64,000 nucleotides of DNA. Origin: Ramazzottius varieornatus. Taxonomy: Eukaryota > Animalia > Tardigrada. Below are positions 63,512 to 64,000 of this stretch, piece by piece. The stretch lies in NCBI GenBank assembly GCA_001949185.1, contig BDGG01000003.1:5081092-5145091 (forward strand). The letters run 5' to 3'. Position numbers and translations under genes: made by a program. The stretch's first letter is position 1. Each line of letters opens with the position of its first letter. The notes beneath the pieces were generated by a model that had not been told where the DNA came from, did not search any database, and saw only the letters and a list, made by a program, of their open reading frames with translations.

Positions 63512-64000
63512 TAACCCCTTGGAAGCTATTTTGACGGCCTGGAGAAAATACGGAATGACAAAAGACCAAGGACGAAGCTCTAGCTGCGCTGCGACGAAAT
63601 ATTCACTGGTCAGATTTCAAATGCTCTTTTGAATCATGTCAGTCAAGACTTTCGGGACATTACGGAGCCATAAACGTAACAGCTGCAACTGGGTGAAATT
63701 CTAAATCGATATCGAAGAGGAGGATTAAACAAGTGGAGCAGAAGGCATCACCATTCACCACAGGTGGGAATCAAGCTGGCCAGGCCTCAACAAACATCCG
63801 TAAAGAACATACAGCCGGAAGGAGGCGATTGCCCGTAATCACAAAGTAGAGCGGGCATGTTGCGGTGGGATCGCGGAAGGAGAAATCGATATGACAACTT
63901 CGCGACAAGGGAAACAAAATCGTCCATAATCCATTCCTTTCTTCTGCTTGTCTTATCGCTTTTGAATGAAAGAAAAGTTATGACCTCATCCGTCATCATG

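Overview
Eukaryotic (metazoan) DNA from a compact, intron-rich invertebrate genome with GT-AG introns mostly about 55-100 nt long; the gene density and small introns suggest a tardigrade-like animal, but that is a guess. There are two gene-dense blocks. The left block (1-31 kb) holds separase/ESPL1 (3' end off-window), a divergent CAD/DFF40-like nuclease inside a mosaic of duplicated gene fragments, a PARP2-like gene, a decayed Sola-like transposase, INO80B, ZNF330/NOA36 and FAM92/CIBAR. The right block (44-64 kb) holds a speriolin-like gene, MDP1, a hAT element, a WDR43/Utp5-like gene without WD40 repeats, CARMIL and USP12/46. Between them (31-44 kb) is a gene-poor nest of MITEs and a Helitron-type PIF1 remnant. 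The strongest unexplained signal is two families of fixed-spacing inverted motif pairs, found almost only in introns and absent from the transposon-rich desert. Family A is CAAGTGGCGCAC-N25-GTGCGCCACTTG (about 45 units, hand count). Family B is ACCTGCATAC-N29/30-GTATGCAGGT (11 units, with unrelated spacers). The second highlight is the CAD-like nuclease, which appears to lack the CIDE-N regulatory domain and has altered zinc ligands. All protein calls come from manual translation and remembered family motifs; no database search was run.
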